NCBI GenBank assembly: GCA_963809395.1
Contig: CAWEJM010000010.1
Coordinates: 117,776-181,775 of the forward strand
Source: an uncultured Actinomycetes bacterium
GTDB lineage: Bacteria; Actinomycetota; Thermoleophilia; RBG-16-64-13
DNA length: 64,000 nt
Direction: 5' to 3'
The stretch's first letter is position 1. Each line of letters opens with the position of its first letter. The translations under genes were made by a program, and so were the position numbers. Positions 23,933 to 37,153 of the stretch are shown here, one piece after another. The notes under the pieces are model-generated. The model was not told the DNA's origin. It was given only the letters and a program-made list of their open reading frames with translations, and did no database searches.

Positions 23933-24823
23933 GTGACCGGCCCACGTCAACTGCACATGACGGTGATCACCGGTCTGTCCGGCGCAGGCAAGTCGGAAGC
24001 GGTAGCTACCTTCGAAGACATGGGCTATTTCTGCATCGACAACCTGCCGCCGCAGATGCTCCCTCGGGTGGTGGAGTTGTTCGCGTTGGAGGGGAGCCGC
24101 GTCGACAGGGTGGCCCTGGTCTTCGACGTGCGCGGAGGCACGTATTTCGAGCAACTGGACCAGGCCCTCGAGTACCTGCGGGAGTCGAGCGTACCCTTCC
24201 GCCTGCTGTACCTGGAGGCGTCCGACGAGGCGCTGATGGCCCGCTACCAATCGACCAGACGGCCGCACCCGCTTTCGAAGTCGAGCCTGGTGGAGGGTAT
24301 CGACCGGGAGCGGCGCCTTCTTTCTCGGCTGCGCGCGCAGGCCGACGTGGTGATAGACACGACCGGCGTCTCTCCCCGGCAGCTCCGCCGGCGGCTCGAG
24401 GAGACCCTGCTGGCCGATCAGCTGAGCGACCAGTTGTTTCTCAGCCTTCTGTCCTTCGGCTACAAGTTCGGGCTGCCGGACGAAGCCGACATGGTTCTCG
24501 ACTCCCGTTTCCTGCCCAATCCCCACTGGGTGCCCGACCTGCGGCCCTTCACCGGATCGGACCCGGCGGTGAAGCAGTACGTGCTGGGGCGGGAAGAGGC
24601 CGGCGCCTTCCTGGACCAGGTGGTGACGCTGGTGCGCTTCCTGGCCCCGCGTTTCGTAGCCGAGCAGAAGCCCAGGCTCGTCGTGGCGGTCGGATGCACC
24701 GGGGGGCGCCATCGCTCGGTGGTGCTCGTCGAGGAGTTGGCTGCCAGGCTTCACGACGACGCTCGCCGTGGTTACGAGCGTGTCGCATCGGGATGTAGAT
24801 CGGACGGTGTGAGGGTGCCGTCG
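23933..24823 (+). CDS. rapZ: RNase adapter protein RapZ (YvcJ/YhbJ family)
   Basis: P-loop GLSGAGKS, conserved RHRS motif; true C-terminus ...VSHRDVDRTV* is in +1 frame ending TGA about 24821-24823; read-through into whiA in ORF track is artifact. Confidence 0.8.
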
Positions 24824-25808
24824 GGGTTCACACGGGCCTTCCGGGAGGAGCTGGCTCGCGCGGAGGAGAAGCAGGGTTGCTGCCGGATGGCGGCGTCCGC
24901 GGGTCTGATGCACACGGCGGGCACTTTCATTATCCGGGGCGGAGCAAGCGACGCGGAGCGATACGAGATCCGCTTGGCCACCACGGTGCAGGGGGCGGCG
25001 AAGATGGTCTACTCGCAGTTCAAGGCCTATGGAGCCGAGGGCGATCTACTGACCCGGCGGGAGCCTCGCTTCGGCCGTCGCCTGGTGTACGAAGTGCACG
25101 TGAAGGGCACCCCACCGGCCCTCCAGATCCTCAACGAGATGGGCGCGCTCAGCGACAGCTTCCAGCTCGAGCCCGGGATCAGCAAACGGTTGGTCAAGAA
25201 GAGTTGCTGCCGGAGCGCCTTCATCCGCGGCTGTCTAATCGGGGCGGGCTCGGCGAACTCGCCGCAAAGAGAGGCCCATCTTGAAATCATCACCTCCCAC
25301 CAGACCTTCGCCTGCCGATCTGACGCGGCTGCTCAGCGACATGGACTTCCATCCCGGCCAGAGGTTCCGCAGGGGGAGCTACGTGGTGTATCTCAAAGGA
25401 AGGGATGAAGTGGCCGGCCTGCTCGCCCTGGCGGGAGCGCACCAGTCGGCGCTGGTGGTGGAGGAACAGGCGGTGGTGAAAGAGGTGCGGTCGCGGGCCA
25501 ACCGTCTGGCCAATTGCGACTCGGCGAACCTGCGCCGCACCAGCGTGGCGGCCTCGCGGCAACTGGAGGCCATCTCCGTTCTCGAGCGGACCGGGCGCCT
25601 GGCGACGCTGCCTCCCGCGCTGCGGGAGATGGCCGATCTGCGTCTTCGCTACCCGTATATGAATCTGTCGGAGCTGGCGGAAGCCGAAGGGGAGGGGGTC
25701 TCCCGCTCGGCCGTAAACCACCGGTTGAGGCGGCTGGTGCAGGCCGCGGAACTGGCGGGCGGCGCGGCCGGAGGCCGAGGTGCTTGTGATAAAATGCGCG
25801 TTCGCTGA
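24817..25808 (+). CDS. whiA: DNA-binding sporulation/cell-division regulator WhiA
   Basis: Probable GTG start overlapping rapZ stop (gtgtga); N-terminal LAGLIDADG-like domains (FTRAFREELARAEEKQGCCRMAA...), C-terminal HTH (ORF 25281..25808: LRLRYPYMNLSELAE...SRSAVNHRLRRL); one frameshift near 25280. Confidence 0.8.
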
Positions 25809-25842
25809 GAGACGAGAGAGCGACGCAAGGGAGCACGTTCGA

Positions 25843-28047
<2,205 letters not shown>

Positions 28048-28057
<10 letters not shown>

Positions 28058-28840
28058 CGGGGTTCGCCGTCGGCGGAGGCCGCGTGCCCCTCATGGTCGG
28101 CAACTGGAAGATGTACAAGACGAGCAGCGAAGGCGCGGCGTTCGTCAGACAGCTCGCCGAGCTGCTGGGAGCGTTGGACGATCGCGACGTCGTGGTGGCT
28201 CCTCCCTTCACCGGCCTCTACGAGGCGGTGAAGGCGGCGGTGGGCACCTGCGTCTCGGTGTCGTCGCAGGACGTGTTCTGGGAGGCGGAAGGCGCCTACA
28301 CGGGCGAGGTGGCGCCGGGCATGCTCGCCGATCTGGGGGTGAAGGCCGCCATCATCGGCCACTCGGAGCGCCGGCAGTACTTCGGTGAGACGGACGAAAC
28401 GGTGAGCAAGAAGGTGCGGGCCGTCTTGGACGAGGGCCTGCTGTCCATCATGTGCGTCGGAGAGACCGAAGCTGAGCGCGACGCCGGTCTGACCGAGAAA
28501 GTCCTTTCCACGCAGGTGCCCGCGGGCGTGGCCTCGCGTGCGACCGCGACGAGGCTGGATCGGTGGCCATCGCCTACGAACCCATCTGGGCCATAGGCAC
28601 GGGCAGGACGGCCACTCCCGAGATCGCGCAAGAGGCGGTCGCCTTCGTCCGGGCCCAGGTGGCGGCCGCCCTGGGCGCGGAGGCGGCTCGGGCGGTGCGC
28701 ATACTGTACGGGGGCAGCGTCAGGCCGGACAACATCGACGAACTGATGGCCCAGCCCGATATCGATGGCGTTCTGGTGGGAGGGGCGAGTCTCGAGCTCG
28801 ATTCTTTCGCCCGCATCGTCCGTTCAAGGAGCGATAGGCC
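28048..28840 (+). CDS. tpiA: triosephosphate isomerase
   Basis: [34 protein letters not shown] motifs; frameshift near 28555; ORF-track read-through into gpmI is artifact. Confidence 0.85.
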
Positions 28841-28856
28841 CCATGGCCCAGGGGCT

Positions 28857-30411
28857 ATGCCTACTGCGCCGGGCAACGGTCGCCGGCGCGCAGCCCTCGT
28901 CATCCTTGACGGGTGGGGCTGCGCGCCGCCCGGCCCGGGCAATGCCATCTCGTTGGCCGACACGCCGGTCTGGGACGCCCTGTGGGCGCGGTATCCACAC
29001 GTCCTTCTGGAGGCCAGCGGCGAAGCCGTCGGCCTACCTCCCGGCGTCATGGGCAACTCTGAGGTCGGTCACCTCACTCTGGGGTCGGGTCGGATCATCT
29101 ACCAGGATCTTTCCCGCATCAACCGGGCCATCGCCGACGGTTCCTTCTTCGAAAACCAGGTGCTTGGGGCCGTGATGGACGGAGTCGTCGCCCGAGGCCG
29201 GTCTCTTCACCTCATGGGGTCTGCTGTCCGACGCAGGAGTGCACTCTTCTCTCGACCACCTGAAAGCGCTCGTGACGATGGCGCACCGGCGCGGAGTGCC
29301 CCGGGTGTTCGTCCACGCCTTCACCGACGGCCGGGACACGTCGCCCACGGCAGGCGAGGCCTTCATGCAGGACCTGGAGGCGTTCCTCGAGGCGGAGGGA
29401 CTTGGTGTCGTAGCTACGGTTTCCGGTCGTTTCTACGCCATGGATCGTGACCGGCGGTGGGAGCGGGTGAAGCGCGCCTATGACGCCTTGGTGCGCGGCC
29501 AGGGGCTCGCGGCGGCAAGCGCCATGGCCGCCATCCAGGAGTCATACGCTCGGGGCGAGACAGATGAGTTCGTCCAGCCCACGATCGTGTGCGCCGACGC
29601 GGGTTCGCGGGTCTGCGCCGGTGATGGGGTCATCTTCTTCAACTTCCGTCCGGACCGGGCGCGGGAGCTGGCAGCGGCCCTTACTCAGGCCGACTTCGCC
29701 GGGTTCGACCGTGGCGGTCCCGCGCCGTCGGTCGACTTCGTGGGAATGACCGAATATGACCCGAGTCTCCGCCTGGCGGTCGCCTTTCCCAAAGAGGAGC
29801 CTCGTCACGTGCTGGCCGAGGTTATCAGCGCCGCCGGCCTCACCCAGCTCCACATCGCCGAGACCGAGAAGTACGCGCACGTGACCTTCTTCTTCAACGG
29901 AGGGCGGGAAGAGCCGTTTCCGGGAGAGGTGCGCAAGCTGGTGCCCTCCGCCAGGGACGTGGCGACGTACGATCTCAAGCCGGCCATGAGCGCCTACGAA
30001 GTGGTCGATTGCCTCGAGGAGACAATGGCCGAGAACCCGGTCGACTTCGTGGTTCTCAACTTCGCCAATCCCGACATGGTCGGGCACACCGGCGACATCC
30101 CGGCGACGGTGGAGGCCATCGAGCACGTCGACCGCTGTCTGGGGAGGGTGTTGAAGGTCTTTGGTGGGGTGGGAGCGAAAGTCATGGTGACGGCCGATCA
30201 CGGAAACGCCGAATCCATGCTGGAAGCAGATGGCAGCATCAATACGTCTCATAGTACCGACCGGGTTCCCCTGGTCCTTCTTGAGGAGGGCGCCGTGTTG
30301 CGCGAGGGAGCCGGTCTCTCCGATGTGGCCCCGACCTTGTTGTGTTTTCTAGGGTTGGACAGACCCTCGGAGATGACGGGGCGGCCTCTCTGTGAGGGCG
30401 AACAAGAGTAG
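28857..30411 (+). CDS. gpmI: 2,3-bisphosphoglycerate-independent phosphoglycerate mutase
   Basis: ATG after RBS aaggag; iPGM motifs ([34 protein letters not shown]); frameshift near 29230. Confidence 0.85.
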
Positions 30412-30512
30412 GACGTAGGCAAAGGCGCGCTTGCGATGGTACCTTAAGGGGTAAGATGTCTGGCAATGCAGCTCATGGAGAGCGAAGTCGGCTACGGGAG
30501 AGGTAGATCGAA

Positions 30513-30731
30513 GTGACGTACGTACTGGTTGCCCTGGATACGATTCTCGGTTTGGCGGTCCTGCTTCTTGTGTTTCTTCACTCGGGGAAAGATGCGGGTC
30601 TTTCCACCACGTTCGGTGGATCCGGCGCCTTCGGCGGGAGCGGGGTGGTGCAGAAGAACCTCGACCGTCTGACGATAGGGTGCGCGGTCGCCTTCTTCGT
30701 CGTGACGATAGCTCTTGTCTATATCATCTGA
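30513..30731 (+). CDS. secG: preprotein translocase subunit SecG
   Basis: 72-aa ORF, two TM segments flanking Gly-rich LHSGKDAGLSTTFGGSGAFGGSG motif; follows tpiA-gpmI as in many bacteria. Confidence 0.75.
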   Translation: MTYVLVALDTILGLAVLLLVFLHSGKDAGLSTTFGGSGAFGGSGVVQKNLDRLTIGCAVAFFVVTIALVYII

Positions 30732-30846
30732 TGAGCCGATACGACGAGAGACGTCCGGAACGCACGAGAGTGCGGAGGAGGTGGTAGCGCAACGAAGGCT
30801 CGGCAGGTTGGCGTGGGGTGTCTTCGAAGCTAAGGAGGGGAAGATT

Positions 30847-32602
30847 TTGAAACTAAGTAAGCGTACTTGGTTCGGGCTCGTTCTTGCGGTCGTTCTGGTC
30901 GGTGCGTCTGATGGCGGTCGCCGCGTTGTGGCGGTGGCGGCGAGACACGAACTACCGCAGCTGCAGGCGGCGAGAAACCCGTCAAGGGCGGCACTCTCAA
31001 TGTCTATCTCGGCGAACATCTCCTTTATCGATCCGGTGCTCGCGTTCGAGTCCGAGGGGATCCAGGTCGATCAACGCTCTTTCGACAGCCTCATCGCAGT
31101 TCGACCTGCAAGACTTCCGAAGCTCAAGCCCGACGTGGCCGACGTCCTGGGATGTCAACGCCGACGCCACCGTGTTCACCTTCCATCTGAAGAAGGGCAC
31201 GAAGTTCCACAACGGCAGGGAAGTGGTGGCGGCGGACTTCAAGTACGCGTGGGAGCGCCTCTCGAACCCGGCCAACAAGTCCGAACTACGGCTTCCTCTT
31301 GAGCATGGTCAAGGGCTACGACGAGATGCAGGCCGAGACCAATCCCGCCACCGAGCTGAGCGGGGTCAAGGCGCATCGACAACTACACCCTCGAGGTGAC
31401 GCTCTCCTATCCGTTCGCCGACTTTCCGAATGTGGTCGGCTTCCCGGATTGCGCTCCGGTTCCCAAGGAAGAGGTGGAGAAGGATCCCAAGGCCTTCGCG
31501 GCCATGCCTATCGGCAACGGCGCCTTCAAGATGGCCGAACCGTGGGTGGCCGGGGCAAGGTCGTCAAGGTCGTGAGGTTTGAAGAGTACTCGGGCACTAA
31601 GCCGAACATCGACGGCATCATACTTCCATGAGTACAGCGACGTGAACACGGCCTTCCTGGATTTCAAGGCCGGCACCCTCGATTGGATCCAGATTCCCAG
31701 CGGCCAGTACAAGGCGACGGCGGCCGAGTACGGGCCGGCCGACGACGGCTATACCGCGAACCCGGGCAAGCAGGTCCAGAACGGCACGGAGTTGGGAATC
31801 GTCGAGCTCCTCTTCAACAACCAGGATGAGCTGTCTCAAGAACGCCGATCTGCGTCGTGCCATCTCGCTGGCCATCAACCGGCAGGCCATCTGCGACACC
31901 GCTTGGGAAGGGCTTCGGAAGCCCGCCAGCAGCGTGATCCCTTCCAGTACTTCCCGGCTACGAAGAGAACGCGTGGCAGTACAGCCACTACGACCTCCAG
32001 GCGGCCAAAGACATGCTCGCGAAGGCCGGCTATCCGAATGGGCAGGGGCTGCCGACCATCAAGCAGTCCTTCAACTCCGGAGCCGGGTCATGAGGAAGTG
32101 GATGCAGCTCGTGCAGGCCGACCTAGCGGCCATCGGCATCAACACCGAGTTCGACACCAGCGACGGGCCGACGTACTGGGGCAAGGTAGGCGACGGGGAC
32201 TACCAGATCGGTCGCAGCGGCTGGATCGCCGACTATCCGACGATCGACAACTTCCTCTCCACCGCTCTTTTACAGCACGTCCGGCCACGAACTTCGACCA
32301 CTACAAGAGCAAGGCCGTGGACGACGCCATCACAGCGGCCCGCGCAGATTGCCGACACCGCTGAGCGGATGAAGGCCTCGCAGGCGGTTGTAAGACTGAT
32401 CGGGGATGACTGCCCCGAGGCTCCCATTGCCACCTACGCGCACCAACACGTGGCCTCCGGCTCGGGTGCACAATCTGACCTACAGCCCGATGAACTTCCT
32501 GGACTTCGTGAGGCTGCTGGATCACCCAGTAGGTGGGCAGCGGCAGCAGGAACGGATACGAGCGTACTGTTAGCGGACGTTCGAGTTGAGTGCGAGCGGT
32601 AG
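30847..32602 (+). CDS. ABC transporter substrate-binding protein, peptide/nickel family 5 (OppA/DppA-like), heavily frameshifted
   Basis: Family-5 SBP fragments across at least six ORFs/three frames (FTFHLKKGTKFHNGREVVAADFKYAWERL; IDNYTLEVTLSYPFADFPN; AISLAINRQAICDTAW; WIADYPTIDNFL); RBS aaggagggg + TTG start; boundaries approximate. Confidence 0.7.
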
Positions 32603-32663
32603 GATGCCCTCGAGGGCATCCTACCGCTTCGTCTAAGGTCGCCGGTCTCGTAAAGGGCTTCGT

Positions 32664-33635
32664 ATGCTGAAGTACATCGGACGCAGGATCCTGCAGATGA
32701 TCCCGGTCTTCATCGGGGTGACCATCCTGCTGTTCCTACTCCGGTCTCCTGCCCTTGTGCCCGGCGATCCGGTGCGGATGCTCGCCGGAGAGCGGAACGT
32801 ATCGCCCTCCGTGCGGGCGCAGGTGATCAAGGATTACGGTCTGGACAAGCCGATATACGTCCAGTACTACCGCTACATGGGGAAGTTGGTGCAGGGCGAC
32901 CTGGGGGAGTCATATCAACTGCAGAGGCCGGTGCGAGACATCCTGTTCGAGAAGTTCCCGAACACTCTCAAGCTCGCCCTGGTCGCCATTCTGATCGAGG
33001 CGGCTCTCGGCATTTCCGCCGGGATCCTATCGGCCGTAAGACGGTATTCGTTCTGGGACATGCTCGTCACGTTGAGCACGTCCGTGCTTGTGTCAGTGCC
33101 GGTCTTCTGGCTGGGCATGGGCTTGCAGATACTCTTCGGCATCAAGTTCAAGCAATGGGGCCTGCCGTATCTCCCTGTCTCGGGCATGTCCGGAGACCAG
33201 TTCCCATTTTGGATCCACGTGATTCTTCCCGCCTTCACTCTGGCCTCGGTCTCTACCGCGTACGCCGCCCGGATAGCGCGCAGCCAACTCCTGGAGGTCA
33301 TGGGACAGGACTACATCCGCACTGCCGCGGCCAAAGGTCTCACCGGCGGACAGGTCATACGGCGGCACGCGTTGAAGAACGCCATGATACCGGTGGTCAC
33401 CTTCCTGGGGCTCGATCTGGGCGCCATGGTCGGAGGGGCCATTCTCACCGAGACGGTCTTCAACTGGCCTGGAGTCGGGTTGGCCATATACCACGCCATC
33501 GATCTGCGCGACTGGCCCATCGTGACGGGTGGCGTGGTCATCATCGTGATCATGGTGATGGTGATCAACCTGTTGGTGGATATCAGCTACGCGTTTCTCG
33601 ATCCCCGTATCCGCTACGGCCGGGTCGCCAGGTAG
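32664..33635 (+). CDS. peptide ABC transporter permease (OppB/DppB-like)
   Basis: Intact 323-aa ORF, 6 TM, BPD transporter EAA region (YIRTAAAKGLTGGQVIRRHALKNA). Confidence 0.85.
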   Translation: MLKYIGRRILQMIPVFIGVTILLFLLRSPALVPGDPVRMLAGERNVSPSVRAQVIKDYGLDKPIYVQYYRYMGKLVQGDLGESYQLQRPVRDILFEKFPNTLKLALVAILIEAALGISAGILSAVRRYSFWDMLVTLSTSVLVSVPVFWLGMGLQILFGIKFKQWGLPYLPVSGMSGDQFPFWIHVILPAFTLASVSTAYAARIARSQLLEVMGQDYIRTAAAKGLTGGQVIRRHALKNAMIPVVTFLGLDLGAMVGGAILTETVFNWPGVGLAIYHAIDLRDWPIVTGGVVIIVIMVMVINLLVDISYAFLDPRIRYGRVAR

Positions 33636-33730
33636 GGGCCGAAGCATGTTCAAACGATCATCCAAAGCGGAGACTCCCGTATCCGCGGCGGTCGTGCGAG
33701 CCAGCGGTCGAGCCCGGCAGCCTTGACGAG

Positions 33731-34606
33731 ATGGCGCCGGGCCGCACCTTGCGGGCCGACGCGTGGCGAAGGCTTCGCAAGAACAAGCTGGCTCTGGCCG
33801 GGCTGGTGTGGATCATCCTCATGATCCTCATCGCCGTGAGCGCGGATCTCTGGGTTCCTCGATATCTGGGCAACCCTACCTACATAGACACGACGACGGT
33901 CGCGCAGCGGAAGCTGCTACCACCGTCCGCAAGCCATCCCTTCGGCACGGACAAGCTGGGTCGCGACGTGGCCTCGCGGGTGATCTATGGGGCACGGGTG
34001 TCCCTTCTCGTCGGTGTTGTGGCGGTGGCGATCATGGTCTTCATCGGGCTGTGCTGGCCGGCGCTATCGCCGCCTACTACGGCGGCTGGTGGGACGCGAT
34101 CATCATGCGCACGGCGGATGTCTTCTTCGCCTTTCCCTACATCTTGTTCGCCATCGTACTGATCGCGGTGCTGGGCAAGGGCGTTGCAGAACGTGTTCCT
34201 GGCCATCGGGATCCTGGGCTGGCCCAGCATCGCCCGGGTGTTCCGGAGTTCGATCCTGACCGTCAAGGAAAGCGAGTATGTCGATGCGGCGCGCGCCATG
34301 GGGGCATCCGCGCGGCGGATCCTCACCCGTCACATCATGCCCAACTCGGTGGCCCCGATCATCGTGTACGCGACCATGAGCGTCGGGGGCGCGATCCTTA
34401 CGGAGGCGGCGCTGAGCTTTCTGGGCATGGGAGTGCAGCCCCCGGCTCCCTCGTGGGGCGGGATGCTTTCCGAGGCCCGGTCACTGCTCTTCACGGCTCC
34501 CTGGATGATGCTGTACCCAGGCATCGCCATCATCACGACGGTGCTGGCCTTCGTCCTCCTGGGCGACGGCCTGCGTGATGCCCTCGACGTAAAGCTCAAG
34601 GAGTAG
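33731..34606 (+). CDS. peptide ABC transporter permease (OppC/DppC-like), frameshifted
   Basis: N-terminus [32 protein letters not shown]; EAA-loop and C-terminal TM region intact in ORF 34184..34606 ([23 protein letters not shown]); two frameshifts between. Confidence 0.8.
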
Positions 34607-34608
34607 TC

Positions 34609-35650
34609 GTGCCGCCGCTTCTCGAAGTCGACGATCTGCATATGCACTTCTTCACCCGGGACGGTGTCGTCAAGGCCGTCGACGGGGTCAGCTTCACCCT
34701 GGAGGCGGGGCGGACACTTGGCGTGGTCGGCGAGTCCGGGTCGGGGAAGTCGGTGACGGCCATGTCCATCATGCGCCTGATACCGGAGCCTCCCGGCAAG
34801 GTGGTGAGCGGCGACATCCGTTTCAAGGGAGAGAGCATCCTGGCCATGAGCGACAAGGAGCAGCGCAAGTTGCGCGGCAACCGCATCGCCATGATCTTTC
34901 AGGACCCCATGACGTCGCTCAATCCCGTCCACCGGATCGGCAAACAGATCGCCGAGCCACTGCGTCTCCACAAGAACATGACCCGCAAGGAGGCCTGGGC
35001 GGCGGCGGTGGAGTTGCTGGACCAGGTGGGGATACCTCAGGCGGCGGAGAGGGCGCGCAACTATCCGCATGAATTCTCGGGCGGCATGCGCCAGCGGGCC
35101 ATGATCGCCATGGCCCTTGCCTGCGGTCCGGATATCCTCATCGCCGACGAGCCCACGACGGCTCTCGACGTGACCATCCAGGCGCAGATCCTCGATCTGA
35201 TGCAGGAGATCCAGAAGCGCACCGAGTCGGCCATCATCCTGATCACCCACGATCTGGGGGTGGTGGCCGACATGGCCGACCACATCCTGGTCATGTACGG
35301 CGGCAAGGCGGTGGAGTTCGGGGCGGCGGACGAGGTCTTCTACCATCCGCTCCACCCCTACACCTGGGGGCTGCTCGAGAGCCTGCCCCGGCATGACGTC
35401 GACGACAAAGGCGCTCTCTGCCCGATCAAAGGCAGTCCCCCAAGCCTGATCAATCTTCCTCCCGGGTGCGCGTTCAGTCCACGCTGCTCGTATGCGCAGC
35501 CTCTCTGCCACACCAGCGTGCCGCCTCTGGTCGAGATCGACCGTGGGCATTCATTCGGCCTGTCATTTCGCGGGCGATGCCGACTTCATCGCCCAGTTCG
35601 AGAACCGGGCCTGCTATGTGGGCGAGGGCGCCAAGGGGGCGGATAGATGA
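34609..35650 (+). CDS. peptide ABC transporter ATP-binding protein (OppD/DppD-like)
   Basis: Walker A GESGSGKS, signature FSGGMRQR, Walker [13 protein letters not shown]; C-terminal oligopeptide-ABC extension shifted near 35560; stop overlaps next gene start (ATGA). Confidence 0.85.
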
Positions 35651-36680
35651 CGGCGCTGCTCGAAGTGGAAGGTCTCACCAAGCACTTCCCCGTGAGCCAG
35701 GGAGTCATCCTGTCGCACCTGGGCAAGTCGGTCAAGGCGGTGGACGACGTGACTTTCTCGGTAGCCCGGGAGAGACCCTGGGCCTGGTGGGCGAGTCGGG
35801 ATGCGGGAAGTCGACGACGGGCCGCTGCATCATCCGGCTGCTCGAGCCCACGGCCGGGAAGATCCACTTTGAGGGCACCGACGTGCGCAAGCTGCGTGGC
35901 AAGGCCTTGAAAGCCTTCCGTCGCGACGTGCAGTTCATCTTCCAGGACCCGTATGCCTCTCTCAATCCGCGCATGACCTTCGGGGAGATCATGGCGGAGC
36001 CGCTCGTCATCCACGGCATCGGCGACCCGGAAGGAGCGCCAGGAGCGCTCGCAAAGAGATGCTGAAGGTGGTGGGCCTGAGTCCGGAGCACATCCACCGG
36101 TATCCGCACGAGTTCTCGGGAGGGCAGCGGCAGAGAGTGGGTATCGCCCGGGCTCTGATGCTGCGGCCGAAGATGATCGTCTGCGACGAGCCGGTGTCGG
36201 CGCTGGACGTGTCCATCCAGGCGCAGATCATCAACCTGCTCGAGGAGCTGCAGGAGGAGTTCGGGCTGACCTACCTGTTCATCGCTCACGACCTGGCGGT
36301 GATCCGCCATATCTGCGACCGGGTGGCGGTCATGTACCTGGGCAAGGTCGTCGAACTGGGGGGCTGGCGCGAGGTCTACAACACGCCGAATCACCCCTAC
36401 ACTCAGTCGCTTCTCTCGGCCGTGCCGGTGCCTGATCCGGAGAAGCAACGGCAAGCGGGCCCGTATCATCCTGCGCGGCGACGTGCCCAGCCCCGTCGAT
36501 CCTCCGAGCGGGTGCCGATTCCACACCCGGTGCCCCATCGCCCAGTTCCCCATCTGCAAGGACGAGGAGCCTCCGCTCCGGCAGGTGGCGATCGGTCACC
36601 AAGCCGCCTGTCACTTCGCCAAGTCCTTCCCCATCCCGGAGAACAAGATGTTGGGGACCCATTCGCTCGCGAACGCGTAG
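35647..36680 (+). CDS. peptide ABC transporter ATP-binding protein (OppF/DppF-like), frameshifted
   Basis: Walker [10 protein letters not shown] (second frame), signature FSGGQRQR, Walker [13 protein letters not shown]-terminal [12 protein letters not shown] motif; three frames used. Confidence 0.8.
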
Positions 36681-36743
36681 CGGCAGGTGTGATGCGGCTC
36701 GCCGTCTAGGCTCATGTCGTCTGCATACTGGTATACTTCATGC

Positions 36744-37106
36744 GCAGCCCGGGTAGCCGCAGGGGCTCGCCTCGAGCGGGTTCCTGAGGAAAGTCCGGAC
36801 ACCACAGAGCAGGGTGCTGGATAACGTCCAGCGGGGGAAACCCCAGGGAAAGCGCCACAGAAATTACACAGCACGCCGGCTCGGCCGGTTGCGAAGGTGA
36901 AATGGTGCGGTAAGAGCGCACCGGCGCCGTGGTGACACGGCGGCCAGGCAAGCCCCACCCGGTGCAAGGCCGAATAGGGAGGCGTTTGAGGGCTGCTCGC
37001 CCGAAGCCTTCGGGTTGGCCGCACGAGCCGTCCGGCAACGGGCGGCCTTAGATAGATGGCTACCCCAGACAGAATCCGGCTTACAGGGCTGCTACCGCGG
37101 GGGCTC
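36744..37106 (+). ncRNA. rnpB: RNase P RNA, bacterial type A
   Basis: Universally conserved elements read directly: GAGGAAAGTCCGGAC (P4 5' strand), AGGGTGCTGGATAACGTCCAGCGGGGGAAACC, GGTGAAATGGTGCGGTAAGAGCGCACC, CAAGCCCCACCCGGTGCAAGGC, ACAGAATCCGGCTTAC (P4 3' strand); ends approximate. Confidence 0.85.
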
Positions 37107-37153
37107 CTTCCTATCGGAAGGGGCCTCAGCCATTTAGAATGCGATGAGCGTGG

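Noticed and set aside
23867-24913. 348-aa minus-strand ORF
   Set aside because: Antisense shadow of rapZ.
23933-25408. Apparent RapZ-WhiA fusion ORF (491 aa)
   Set aside because: Frameshift artefact; RapZ ends with its conserved HRD motif and TGA in the +1 frame and WhiA begins at an overlapping GTG.
28563-29450. Apparent TpiA-GpmI fusion ORF
   Set aside because: Frameshift artefact; gpmI has its own RBS (aaggag) and ATG at 28857.
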